Assembly: GCA_018653365.1 (NCBI GenBank)
Contig: JABIAG010000002.1
Location: 1 to 64,000 of the forward strand
Reading direction: 5' to 3'
DNA: 64,000 bases
From: Candidatus Woesearchaeota archaeon
GTDB taxonomy: Archaea; Nanobdellota; Nanobdellia; Woesearchaeales; JABIAG01
Position 1 is the stretch's first letter. The number at the start of each line of letters is the position of its first letter. Position numbers and translations under genes: made by a program. Below are positions 1 to 9,531 of the stretch, piece by piece. Under the pieces are notes generated by a model that searched no databases, was not told where the DNA came from, and saw only the letters and a list, made by a program, of their open reading frames with translations.

Positions 1-1
1 G

Positions 2-394
2 GGGGGGGGGTCTTGGAGTTATTCTTATGAGTATTGTGTTGATAGTTTTGTTTCTGAGTGTGAGGTTGGTGCGTCTTGTCCCGCACGTTTTTGGAATAAG
101 TATGCTCAAGTTTCTGTAGGGGATTGTTCACAAAATAGAGATTCTGATTTGGGTAATAGGAAGCATGAAATGGGCATAACTACCGGTTTTGATGTTAATG
201 GGGATTATGTTGATCATGTGGATTTTTGTATTAATGATACTTATGTTATGGAAGGTGTGATTAATGATTGTGTTGTTGAGTTAGTTCCTGTTGAGTGTCC
301 TGTTGGTTGCGATTCTGAATTTGGGGCTTGTGTTGGTTCTGTTCCCTCTTCTTGGCCTGAGACTAGTGGTAGTGAGGTGGTAGAATGCGATTAA
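2..394 (+). CDS. Cys-rich surface protein, C-terminal part (5' truncated by the window edge)
   Basis: Frame is open from position 2 (GGGSWSYSYEYCVDS...), upstream of the listed 149 start. It carries C-x-DSD-x-G and spaced-Cys motifs and overlaps the next start. Confidence 0.6.
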   Translation, partial: GGGSWSYSYEYCVDSFVSECEVGASCPARFWNKYAQVSVGDCSQNRDSDLGNRKHEMGITTGFDVNGDYVDHVDFCINDTYVMEGVINDCVVELVPVECPVGCDSEFGACVGSVPSSWPETSGSEVVECD

Positions 395-3300
395 AACTAT
401 TATTGCCTTTAATGTTATTATTGTTTGTTCCTTTTGTTTTGGCTGAGGATTTTGAGGTGCATCTTGACAAGGGGTGGAATATGTTTAGTATTCCTTTTGA
501 GTCTTTGTCTATTGATGATTTTAATTTGGCGTTGGCAGATGAGGGGTGCAGTATATCTTCTTCTGTTTGGGAGTATGGTGATGGGGAGTATGTTGATGTT
601 TCCGTTTTGAAGTCTGGTGAGGGGTATTGGGTTTATTCTGGTTCTGATTGTGATTTGGTTCTTTCAGGTGATGTTAATTTTTTTAAAAATGACCTTAGTG
701 TGGGTTGGAATTTGGTTGGTGCACCAGGGAAAGATTACACTTTTGCGGATCTTATGGGGAAGTGTGATGTTTCTTCAGTTATTTGGGATTGGGAGTATTC
801 TTCACAGGCAGGATTTTATGATTCAGTTTCGTTCTCTAGTGAGATAGTTCCTTTTTCGGGGTATTGGGTGTATGCTAATCATGATTGTACTTTTGGGGAG
901 TTGGTGAATAAAAAGCGTAATTATGGGGGGGTTTTTGATGCTGTTGAGGGTTGTAATGTTTTATATCCTGTTTATCAAGGGGATAGAACTGCGGATGAGG
1001 TAATTTCGCATTTGAAGAAGTATGCTTCTTATTTTAATGTTGATGGGGATAATGCAGTCACTCAAGATGATCTGAGATTGATTTATAATAAACGTAGAGT
1101 TTATGATAACCCTTTTTTTGGGGAAGAGCTTCGGTTGTCTCTTTTAATACCGAATTATTTAAAGGATACAATAAAGTTGTCTGCACAACAGGTTCTTGAG
1201 AATATTGAACGGTCTGAAAATCATTATGATTCAACTTCTGGTGACTCAGCTTTGGATGTAAATGATGATGGGCGTATGGATTTTTCAGATTTAATTTTGA
1301 TAAATCGTGCGTTTGTTACCTGTAATAAACTTCAGCTTCCTTTGAAGCAAGTTTTTGTTGTTTCTAATGAAAATTGGAGGGATGTGTTGTCTTTGGTTCC
1401 TGTTGCGGTTTGGTCTCAGCAAGAGGGGGATGATTCTGTTTGTTCAAGGGGTTATGGCGCTTCGGGTGATGTTTGTGTTTATCCTTTGCTTGTTTATCAT
1501 GAAGAAAAAGGGACGCAAACCTGGGTTCCTCAACCCTTAGATATAGCGCTTTATGATGAGAATGATGAGTTGATAGATTTGCTAGCAAGGTTAGTACTTC
1601 CTTCATCTTCTGTAGAAAAGAGCGCGATTCCTATTGGGGGAGATTATCGTTTAGATGTGAAGATCAATAGTTTAAGATCAGATATTTATGTTGAGAGTTT
1701 GGAGGTGCTGAATCTTCCTTCTCATTTAGTTCAGGAGTCACGTTTTATAGTTGGTGAAACGATTCTGAAGCGAGGGTCCGCATATGCTTATCCTACGATT
1801 AAGTCAATTTCTGAGCCTGATGATGCAATCACCTTAATTGATGCAGATTCTATTATTCATTTTATGCAACAGTATAGTGAAAAATCTCCGATTGATGGTG
1901 TTACCCTGTTTGGGGAGTCTCCTTTGGAGTTGGATGGGTTAATAACTGATGAGAATAACGAGTATGGTGCGAGGTTGGATGAGGATAGTGTGCAGAAGAT
2001 TTTGAAAAGGGCCGATCTTCCAGAGGGTGCCAATCCTGAGGATTATGTGTTATATGAAGATTTGATAAATTATTACTGGGAGTATTATGATTCTGTTGTT
2101 TTTGTCGAGGATGATTATGAGTTGGCTTTATTAGCTTCTACTTATGCTAGTTTAATCAATGTTCCGTTAATAATTGAGGGGACGGAACTGGATCAAGATA
2201 AGTATTTTGAAGGAAAACAGGTTATTTGTGTTGGAGTTGTTGGCAGGGTTTGTGATAGTGTTTATTCTTTAACGGATTTGCAAGAGGAGTATTTTAGTAA
2301 AACTCAAACTAATAAGTTAATTTTAACCAATCCTTCTGATTTAGATCTTAAAACGCTAGATGAATTAGAAACTGATAAATCGGAAGGGGATATAATAAAC
2401 TTGTATAGTAAAACTTCTTTGCTTGCACCGATTTTGGCAAGTGCAAAGCAGGAATTGATTCTTTCTGTTAATAGTGATGATTATGTTGTGGTTGATGATT
2501 ATTTGAAAGAGCAGTATGATAAGTATGTTGAGAGTGATATGAGAACATGTAATGCGGGGGAGGATTGTTCTTCAGGATTCGTGTTGGATAGTGTCCCTAT
2601 GTTAATATTTGAGAACGAGCTTACTTATGATTTTGTCGGGTTAAAAAAGCGCGCGGGTGTTGATCTATTAGGGGAAGCGATATTTTCTTCCTTACTTTTC
2701 TTTGATTGTGATGACTCTGTGCTTGAGGTGAGTCTATTTAATAATGATGTTCTGATTGGTTCAAAACTAACGGAGTGTCATCAGAGCTCGGAAGTATATG
2801 CATCAAAAGATTGGTATTATGGAGCATTTTATTTAAATGACCTTGAGGTTAACACGTTGGAACCGGGTACTTTAAGGTTAGAATTTGAAAATGCCAAGGT
2901 AGCTATTGATCAAGAATATGCCTATAATTATTTTCAGGTCAAAGCTGTTTACTTTATTGAAAATGTGTTACATTTTCAGGATTATGTGAGCTGTAAGTTT
3001 GATTACGCAGCAGATGGGACGTATGGTGTGAGAAATTGTATTGACCCTGAATTAGCACAATCAACTTCGGTTGAACAGCATGTTTCATCATCTGAAACAT
3101 TATTTAATTTTGATAATTTGGATGCCTCTAAAAAATATATGTTATCTGTTCAAGCAAGTGGACATTATCCTAGATCTGCACCTCTTGAATTATTTGGTAA
3201 TGATAATAAATTAGGGGAGCTAGTATTCGTAAGAGCGGCTGTGAGTGGGAGGTATGAAATTCCTCAAAGTATGATCGAGTCCGGTAATTTACAGGTCAAA

Positions 3301-4200
3301 TTCGTTCCAACAACTCCTCAGGGGGAGTATAATGTCAAGGTAAGTTTATCTGTTGTTGAGCCAACCTATTTAACTATATTTGCAGATGCAAAGGCAGTGC
3401 CTTATTCGAAAATTGATCGCATATACCGTTATGTTCTTAATTACGCTTTAGATCAAACTGAGTATGCAGATATTGATGGTGATTTTTATCCTGATCTTTA
3501 TACAGGTAGGATTATGGGCCTAACCACGTCCGATGTTTCAAGTTATTTGGCAAGAGATCTGTTTTATTCATCACTTGTTGACAATAATAAAGCCGCTTTC
3601 TTGGTAGGGAATGGATTTGATGATCATAATGGGGCTATGCAAAAGAATGGCAATGTTGCGCCCGTTTGGGCAAATTCGTTTAGTGCAGTGCAATATGCTG
3701 TGACCTGTTCTGAGGCAGATCCAAAAGGCGAGTCCTGTTTTCCTTATACTCCTCTCAATAAACGGGATGTTTGGAGGACTTCAATGAGCGGAAGAGAACT
3801 GATATTCTTAGCCAATCATGGTTCTACTTCAAGTGCAGGAATACATTCAGCATCAATACCTCCTCTTGAGAATAGCATAATCATTACTCACTCTTGTTCT
3901 ACTTGTGCCGCTAAACAATCAAGTGATTTTAAAGAGTTTGGAGCTCAGTCTTTTTGTAATAACGCTATTAGAAAGGGCGCAGTAGGGTATACTGGCGCAG
4001 TAAGCGTCTCTTATGGAAGTAATATTCAAAGAGAGATGATGAATAACCTTTATCTTGAAAATAAAGATTTGGGTCAGGCATTTGTAGCTTCTTATGAAGG
4101 AGCGACCGCTCGCTGGTGGAATGAGTTAATTGGGGATCCGACATTCAAGCTTAACCCTCAATACAATTTGTTGGAGCCTTTGGAGGTTGGATGGAAATGA
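385..4200 (+). CDS. Large secreted protein with dockerin/EF-hand-like motifs and a C-terminal C25 (gingipain-like) cysteine peptidase domain
   Basis: Signal peptide; LxxGWN(M/L) repeats; DVNDDGRMDFSDL Ca-binding motif; C25-type motifs LYTGRI, ANHG (His), HSCST (Cys), GAVGYTG, LIGDP. Confidence 0.7.
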   Translation: MRLKLLLPLMLLLFVPFVLAEDFEVHLDKGWNMFSIPFESLSIDDFNLALADEGCSISSSVWEYGDGEYVDVSVLKSGEGYWVYSGSDCDLVLSGDVNFFKNDLSVGWNLVGAPGKDYTFADLMGKCDVSSVIWDWEYSSQAGFYDSVSFSSEIVPFSGYWVYANHDCTFGELVNKKRNYGGVFDAVEGCNVLYPVYQGDRTADEVISHLKKYASYFNVDGDNAVTQDDLRLIYNKRRVYDNPFFGEELRLSLLIPNYLKDTIKLSAQQVLENIERSENHYDSTSGDSALDVNDDGRMDFSDLILINRAFVTCNKLQLPLKQVFVVSNENWRDVLSLVPVAVWSQQEGDDSVCSRGYGASGDVCVYPLLVYHEEKGTQTWVPQPLDIALYDENDELIDLLARLVLPSSSVEKSAIPIGGDYRLDVKINSLRSDIYVESLEVLNLPSHLVQESRFIVGETILKRGSAYAYPTIKSISEPDDAITLIDADSIIHFMQQYSEKSPIDGVTLFGESPLELDGLITDENNEYGARLDEDSVQKILKRADLPEGANPEDYVLYEDLINYYWEYYDSVVFVEDDYELALLASTYASLINVPLIIEGTELDQDKYFEGKQVICVGVVGRVCDSVYSLTDLQEEYFSKTQTNKLILTNPSDLDLKTLDELETDKSEGDIINLYSKTSLLAPILASAKQELILSVNSDDYVVVDDYLKEQYDKYVESDMRTCNAGEDCSSGFVLDSVPMLIFENELTYDFVGLKKRAGVDLLGEAIFSSLLFFDCDDSVLEVSLFNNDVLIGSKLTECHQSSEVYASKDWYYGAFYLNDLEVNTLEPGTLRLEFENAKVAIDQEYAYNYFQVKAVYFIENVLHFQDYVSCKFDYAADGTYGVRNCIDPELAQSTSVEQHVSSSETLFNFDNLDASKKYMLSVQASGHYPRSAPLELFGNDNKLGELVFVRAAVSGRYEIPQSMIESGNLQVKFVPTTPQGEYNVKVSLSVVEPTYLTIFADAKAVPYSKIDRIYRYVLNYALDQTEYADIDGDFYPDLYTGRIMGLTTSDVSSYLARDLFYSSLVDNNKAAFLVGNGFDDHNGAMQKNGNVAPVWANSFSAVQYAVTCSEADPKGESCFPYTPLNKRDVWRTSMSGRELIFLANHGSTSSAGIHSASIPPLENSIIITHSCSTCAAKQSSDFKEFGAQSFCNNAIRKGAVGYTGAVSVSYGSNIQREMMNNLYLENKDLGQAFVASYEGATARWWNELIGDPTFKLNPQYNLLEPLEVGWK

Positions 4201-5180
4201 AGAAGATTCTTTTATTAACGTTAATCTTGGTTTTTATATGTCCTGTTAATGCATTTATTGATGTAAGTTTGGATTCTGAGAGTTTTGGGTTGGGAGATGA
4301 GATTGTTCTTGTTTTTAATCTGTATTCTTTTAATGAGGATGTTTCTTTGAAGTATGATGTCACTGTAGATTGTCCTCAGTTGCCTACTGCTATGCTTGTG
4401 GATGAGGTAAGTGTGGTTGAGCTTGTGGCAAATGTTTCTTCTAAGGTTAATTATTCTTATTATAATGTAATTGAGGATACTGAGCCTCAGGTTTGTAAGG
4501 CGTTTTTTAATTTAGTGGAACCTAACAAGTATACTGTTACGAGGGAGTTTGAGATAATTACTGATCCGAGTTTTGATTTTAATATTAAGTTGTGTACTTC
4601 TGAGTCTTGTGAAGTGGAGTCTAAGTCTCATCTTAAAGGTGGGGAGGTATATTTTGATTATTTTGCAATGGTTTCGGAACCTTTGATAACGGCTTCTTTA
4701 ACTTATCCTGATAGTTCAATAAAGTCAATTACTTTACCTTCCTCAATCAACGCAAAACAGTTAGGTACTTACACTCTTAAGGTAACTGCTTCTAAGGATG
4801 GTTTTAAGACCGTTACTGACGAAGAGCAGTTTGTGATTTCTGATAGGCTTCCTAATATTGGTTTGGTTGAGAAGCGAGATGAACATGTTGTTAACGCTTC
4901 TGACTTACCGAGTATTCCTAGTTTAGAGGATCAACTTTACAAGACTAATTATCTTTTGACTGCGTTACTATCAATTATTTTAGTTCTTGCAGTAATATTT
5001 CTTTTGAATTTTGTTCTTAGGTTAAAAGAGGGTGAGAGAAGTGTTATTTTGAAGTTGGAGAATTATATCTTGAATGCTAAATCACAAGGTTATAGTAATT
5101 TTTCTATTAAGCGTGTTCTTAAGCGTAGTGGTTGGAAAATGGAGGAGATTGATCGTGCTTTCAGTCTGATTAAGAAATGA
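4191..5180 (+). CDS. Membrane-anchored surface protein with a C-terminal cytoplasmic 'GYS..I...L...GW' helical domain
   Basis: Signal peptide, Ig-like beta body, TM helix, then LENYILNAKSQGYSNFSIKRVLKRSGWKMEEIDRAF. Confidence 0.65.
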   Translation: MEMKKILLLTLILVFICPVNAFIDVSLDSESFGLGDEIVLVFNLYSFNEDVSLKYDVTVDCPQLPTAMLVDEVSVVELVANVSSKVNYSYYNVIEDTEPQVCKAFFNLVEPNKYTVTREFEIITDPSFDFNIKLCTSESCEVESKSHLKGGEVYFDYFAMVSEPLITASLTYPDSSIKSITLPSSINAKQLGTYTLKVTASKDGFKTVTDEEQFVISDRLPNIGLVEKRDEHVVNASDLPSIPSLEDQLYKTNYLLTALLSIILVLAVIFLLNFVLRLKEGERSVILKLENYILNAKSQGYSNFSIKRVLKRSGWKMEEIDRAFSLIKK

Positions 5181-5821
5181 AACTTTCAGTAAATGTTATT
5201 GTGATTTTAATTATTGCATTAGTGGTTTTGGGTTTAATCCTGGGGTTTGTAGTTCCTAGGTTTCAAACAACCTCTTCTAAGTTTGTTTATGAACAAGAGA
5301 CGCCTGAACCTCCCATTCCTGATCCAGTCAACCAGTTGACTATTTCACAGGAGGTTGTTAAGGTTTCTTCACAACAAACTGCTATCAAGGCCAGCTTGTA
5401 TAATCCTTCTGATGAAAGCTGGGATGTTATTGGGCATTGGGGAATTTTATTCAAGGGTTGTGCAGCATCTGATTCTATTTGTTTTATTAACTCTTCTAAC
5501 ACTTTATGTGATGATTTTGGCAAGGATGTTGATTGTGCTTCTAGCCCTACTTTTATGCCAGGGGATGGTTGTTTTGTTGAAGATTTGAATGATGGCGATC
5601 CTGATTGCGCACCTCAAGATATCAAATTGGAGGTGTATTGTAATACTAAACTAATTGGTGAGAGTTATGTTCAAGATATTCCTGCTAATAATTTTAGAAC
5701 GTTTACACTTTTACTATCGGTTCCTGCTACGTTTGAAAAAAATGAGTTTCAGGAATGTATTTTAAAATCTGTTTCCCCACTTCCTCGGGAAAAGTCATTC
5801 TCGCTTTATGTTGAAAAATAA
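5177..5821 (+). CDS. Archaeal pilin-like protein
   Basis: N-terminal LSVNVIVILIIALVVLGLILGFV resembles a class III/pilin hydrophobic helix; Cys-rich C-terminal domain. Confidence 0.5.
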   Translation: MKLSVNVIVILIIALVVLGLILGFVVPRFQTTSSKFVYEQETPEPPIPDPVNQLTISQEVVKVSSQQTAIKASLYNPSDESWDVIGHWGILFKGCAASDSICFINSSNTLCDDFGKDVDCASSPTFMPGDGCFVEDLNDGDPDCAPQDIKLEVYCNTKLIGESYVQDIPANNFRTFTLLLSVPATFEKNEFQECILKSVSPLPREKSFSLYVEK

Positions 5822-5855
5822 AAACCCTTATAAATTTCAATTATTATAATTAGTT

Positions 5856-6875
5856 ATGGACATTTTATATGGTGTTACTGGTGTGGGTATGGGTCATGCT
5901 ATTCGTAGTAAGATTATTATTACACACTTATTAAAAAAAGGGCATAATGTCATAATTTTTTCTTATGGTCCTGCTTTTGAATTTTTAAAAAAATCATTTA
6001 AGAACGTTCATAAGCTTGAGGGATTGGAATTGTTTTATGACAATAATGTTGTTCATGTTTCTAAAACCTTGATTGTAAATTTGTTAAAGTATCCTCATAA
6101 GTTTTTACTTAATCTTCCTAAGTTTCTCAAGTACAAGCCCCAATTTGTTATTACTGATTTTGAGCCCATGACTTACATGTTTGCTAAGCGAAGAAAAATA
6201 AAGGTTATTGGTGTGGATAATATTAGTATGATCAAGAAGGTTAAAAATCCTAAGTTGAAGAATCGGAAAGCCAAATTTTTAGCTAATCTTGTTGCTTCGG
6301 TTATTACTCCTCATTGCGATCATTATTTGATTCCCTCTTTTTTTGAACAAGCGAAGTACCCAAACATTCAGGTTTTTAGTCCGATTTTACGAGATGAAGT
6401 TATTCGGGCTAAGCCAAGAGTTGGGAAGAAAGTTTTGGTGTATACCACTTCTCAAAATTATGAAAAGAAATTACTTAAGATTCTACCTCAAGTTGATAAG
6501 GAGTTTATTGTTTATGGTTTTAACAAATCAGCAAAAGTGAAAAATATCACGTTTAAGAAATTTTCAGAAAAAAAGTTCTTAATGGATTTGAAAAATTGTC
6601 ATTCGGTTATTTGTTATGGTGGCTTTTCATTAATTTCTGAAGCATTATATCTTAAGAAGCCAGTATTAGTTCTTCCCATTAAGGATCACTATGAGCAATT
6701 ATTGAATGCGGACTTTGTTAGGTCTAGTCAGTTTGGAATCTCTTCTCCAAGTCTAACTCCTGAAGTTCTGAATGCATTTTTTATTAGTTCTACTGAGTTT
6801 AGAAGGAATCTTGCTGCTTATACGGGGGTTGGTAATAAGGCCTTGTTTAGAGAATTGGATATTTTACTCAAATAA
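5856..6875 (+). CDS. GT-B glycosyltransferase (MJ1255/VC2487-like)
   Basis: ILYGVTGVGMGHAIRS, ITDFEP, GGFSLISEALYLKKP, EQLLNA. Confidence 0.85.
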   Translation: MDILYGVTGVGMGHAIRSKIIITHLLKKGHNVIIFSYGPAFEFLKKSFKNVHKLEGLELFYDNNVVHVSKTLIVNLLKYPHKFLLNLPKFLKYKPQFVITDFEPMTYMFAKRRKIKVIGVDNISMIKKVKNPKLKNRKAKFLANLVASVITPHCDHYLIPSFFEQAKYPNIQVFSPILRDEVIRAKPRVGKKVLVYTTSQNYEKKLLKILPQVDKEFIVYGFNKSAKVKNITFKKFSEKKFLMDLKNCHSVICYGGFSLISEALYLKKPVLVLPIKDHYEQLLNADFVRSSQFGISSPSLTPEVLNAFFISSTEFRRNLAAYTGVGNKALFRELDILLK

Positions 6876-7997
6876 TGCTTGTTTTAGTTTTGTCTTTGAT
6901 TCACTAAGTTTGTCAAGTAATTCAGAATAACTCACCCATTTATATTCTTGTTCAAACAGGTCAAACAAGTACATGTCGTATTCATCAAATATTAAATAAA
7001 CAAAGCTTCCTTCAACATACTCGTTTTCAGGTATTTGTATAACTTTATCTCTTCTCATATCAAACATTACCTCGCCGGTTTGTGGTTCAATTAACAGTGC
7101 GTTATTCATTGATTCTTTGATGCCGTTACTTAAGCTAGTATCCGAAAATGCTAACAGACAATGTCCTCCAATCAGCCAACTTTCTTTTGGAATTATTTTT
7201 GTTTCCCATGGTTTGAGGGGCAAGTTGCCACACACTATGTAATTATGCTTTAATTCAAACTTATAGTCTTTTGCGTCTTTTATGAAGTAGTCTTCTTTAT
7301 TTTCAATAAAATGTTTTTGTCCTTTTGCTTCTTCATAACCAATGAATGTTATGTGTTGGTATTCTTCTTTTTGGTTATTACATTCATCTTTTAAATAATT
7401 TATTTCTGCATTGGTTAGCAAAGATATGTCTTCACAATCCCCTCCCTTGTTTTCAAAGATTGATTTAAGGTCTTGCATAAAGTCTTCCTTTCCCAATTCT
7501 GTGTCGTTTAAATAAGAAAACCCATTTTCTTCTTCATTTATGAATGGAAGACAGCTTAATCTTATTTGACATTCTCGATTTTCTAAGTTCATGCAATTTT
7601 TACGTAATTCAATTTGCATTCCAGAATAATCTAAAACGTTATCAATGTTTGAATTTGTATTAAACCAATTTAGCGAATCAACTATTCTGCCCTCAAACAT
7701 TTCTACTTCTGCAAGTATGTTGTATGCTTCTACTCTTAATCCATCATAGTTTTCACTTAGTTCGTTTTTTTCAGTTTCTAACTGTTCTGCAGTTCCTTCA
7801 ATTGTTCTTTTTTCTTTTTCTACCTCTTTTAAGTTCGCTCCCAGATTTATTAGTTGTTCTTCTTTCTCGGTTATTTGTACTTTTAGAATTTCTATTTCTT
7901 TCTTTAAATTAGCTCTGCCACTGGAAAAAACGATTATTGTTCCTAATAGAACGATTACAAGAATAACTATTGTTGAAAGAGAGGATCTTTCATCCAT
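6864..7997 (-). CDS. Membrane-anchored coiled-coil protein with a transglutaminase-like Cys-protease domain
   Basis: TM helix, coiled coil, GGDCED, GGHC, LIEPQTG. The start at 7997 (MDERSS) is preferred to 8042. Confidence 0.6.
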   Translation of the reverse strand: MDERSSLSTIVILVIVLLGTIIVFSSGRANLKKEIEILKVQITEKEEQLINLGANLKEVEKEKRTIEGTAEQLETEKNELSENYDGLRVEAYNILAEVEMFEGRIVDSLNWFNTNSNIDNVLDYSGMQIELRKNCMNLENRECQIRLSCLPFINEEENGFSYLNDTELGKEDFMQDLKSIFENKGGDCEDISLLTNAEINYLKDECNNQKEEYQHITFIGYEEAKGQKHFIENKEDYFIKDAKDYKFELKHNYIVCGNLPLKPWETKIIPKESWLIGGHCLLAFSDTSLSNGIKESMNNALLIEPQTGEVMFDMRRDKVIQIPENEYVEGSFVYLIFDEYDMYLFDLFEQEYKWVSYSELLDKLSESKTKLKQALFE

Positions 7998-8086
7998 TTG
8001 TCTTTTTGTAAGTTTATGAGTATAAAAAGATTTTGTAAACACTATTACGCAAACCTTTATATACGTTCTTTCTTACTTTTGTGCTT

Positions 8087-8728
8087 ATGGAAAATGTTTT
8101 GATTTTGTGCGCACATCCCGACGATGAAGTGTTTGGTGTAGGTGGCACTATAGCCAAGTATGTTAACGATGGGAATAAGGTAACTAGTGTTATTTTTTCT
8201 TATGGTGAGAAGGCACTTCCTTGGTTAAAGCCTGAAGAAGTGGTTAAAATCCGGAAGAATGAAAGTTTAAGGGCGGCTAAAGTGATTGGTACTCATAACA
8301 CGATTTTTTTAGGGTTGGCTGAAGGAAAAATTGGCGATGCTTCTAAAAAGATTCAAAATGAATTAAAAGTGATAATTAAAAAAATTGATCCTTCCAAAAT
8401 TTTTACTCATTCTCTAGATGATCCTCATGCTGATCATCGTGCAGTTTATAAGTTGGTTATGGAAATTTTAAAAGAGATTAAATATGTGAATGATTTGTAT
8501 GCGTTTGATGTTTGGAATCCAGTTCTTCTTAGAAAGAGAAATTCTCCAAAACTTTATGTTGACATAACTGATACGTTTAAGTTAAAACTTAGTGCTTTGA
8601 AGAAATTTAAAACACAAAATGTTCAGGGTAGGTGGCCTCTTATGCCTGCAGTTATTTCTAGAGCGTTTATTTATGGTATTATGAGTAAGCATCGTTTTGC
8701 AGAAAGGTTTGTTAAACTTAGTTTGTAG
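8087..8728 (+). CDS. PIG-L/LmbE family deacetylase
   Basis: AHPDDE, GGTIAK, HADH, KFKTQ, AERF. Confidence 0.9.
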   Translation: MENVLILCAHPDDEVFGVGGTIAKYVNDGNKVTSVIFSYGEKALPWLKPEEVVKIRKNESLRAAKVIGTHNTIFLGLAEGKIGDASKKIQNELKVIIKKIDPSKIFTHSLDDPHADHRAVYKLVMEILKEIKYVNDLYAFDVWNPVLLRKRNSPKLYVDITDTFKLKLSALKKFKTQNVQGRWPLMPAVISRAFIYGIMSKHRFAERFVKLSL

Positions 8729-8824
8729 GCTCGACCGTTAGGGAGACCTACTTCGTTTGGCATTGGCGAAAGAATGCTGAGTGAGCATCGTTTTGCAGAA
8801 AGATTTGTTAAACTTAGTTTGTAG
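8682..8824. repeat. 47-bp direct repeat of the PIG-L 3' end (8682-8728 / 8778-8824) flanking a 49-bp hairpin insert
   Basis: tgagt(a/g)agcatcgttttgcagaaag(g/a)tttgttaaacttagtttgtag, 2 mismatches. Confidence 0.95.
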
Positions 8825-8858
8825 AAACATTTATTAAGTAATTTGCTAATTTTTTAGT

Positions 8859-9530
8859 ATGAAATTAGGTCTTTATGTTTTCATGGTTATTATTTTTGTT
8901 TCTTTTGTATTTGCATTTGATTTGGATGACCTTCCTTTGGGTGATTTGCCAACTCCTAGTACTGGGGCGGATTCTGATTTAGATGATGCGTACGATTCTG
9001 CTTCTGCTGATGAGAGAGGTGACAATCTGCACTCTTCTACAACTTTTTATGATGATCCTCCTGAAAATTATAGTCCTCCGGCTCCAACTAATCCTGTTGT
9101 GCTAACTCAACCAAATACTATAAAAAATGCTTCTGAGCTGGTTGCTGATTTAAGAGCGGAGTTAAACTCTAAGTTTTTAACAGAATCTGAAATACAATCC
9201 TTAATCTCACAATACTCTCTTTCAGAGTCAGAAATCCTTGTTTTAATAGAAGAATATGTAAATGAAAAAAGATCCCCCTCTCATTATTTGACATATATTC
9301 TTTCTGGAGGAGTTATTTTTTTAGTTGTTTTAATCTTGATTATATTGTTTGTTACAAAGAAAAATTTAAAAGGTAAAGGTGTTAAGGTTGAAAGTAACGT
9401 TAATGAGTTGGTTGAATATATCAAAAAGAATTCGTCTTTTTCTTCTGTTCAGCTTAGATTGACATTAGCACAGGGTGGCTGGTCTGATAAGGACATAGCT
9501 CAAGCATTTAAGATTGTAGGGAGGAGTTAA
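8859..9530 (+). CDS. Secreted/membrane protein with the same C-terminal 'YI....L..GW..DI..AF' domain as 4191-5180
   Basis: Signal peptide, acidic Pro-rich linker, TM helix, LVEYIKKN...LAQGGWSDKDIAQAF. Confidence 0.65.
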   Translation: MKLGLYVFMVIIFVSFVFAFDLDDLPLGDLPTPSTGADSDLDDAYDSASADERGDNLHSSTTFYDDPPENYSPPAPTNPVVLTQPNTIKNASELVADLRAELNSKFLTESEIQSLISQYSLSESEILVLIEEYVNEKRSPSHYLTYILSGGVIFLVVLILIILFVTKKNLKGKGVKVESNVNELVEYIKKNSSFSSVQLRLTLAQGGWSDKDIAQAFKIVGRS

Positions 9531-9531
9531 A

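Noticed and set aside
1-10. Poly-G run
   Set aside because: It lies at the window edge and could be Gly codons or a sequencing artefact; not interpretable.
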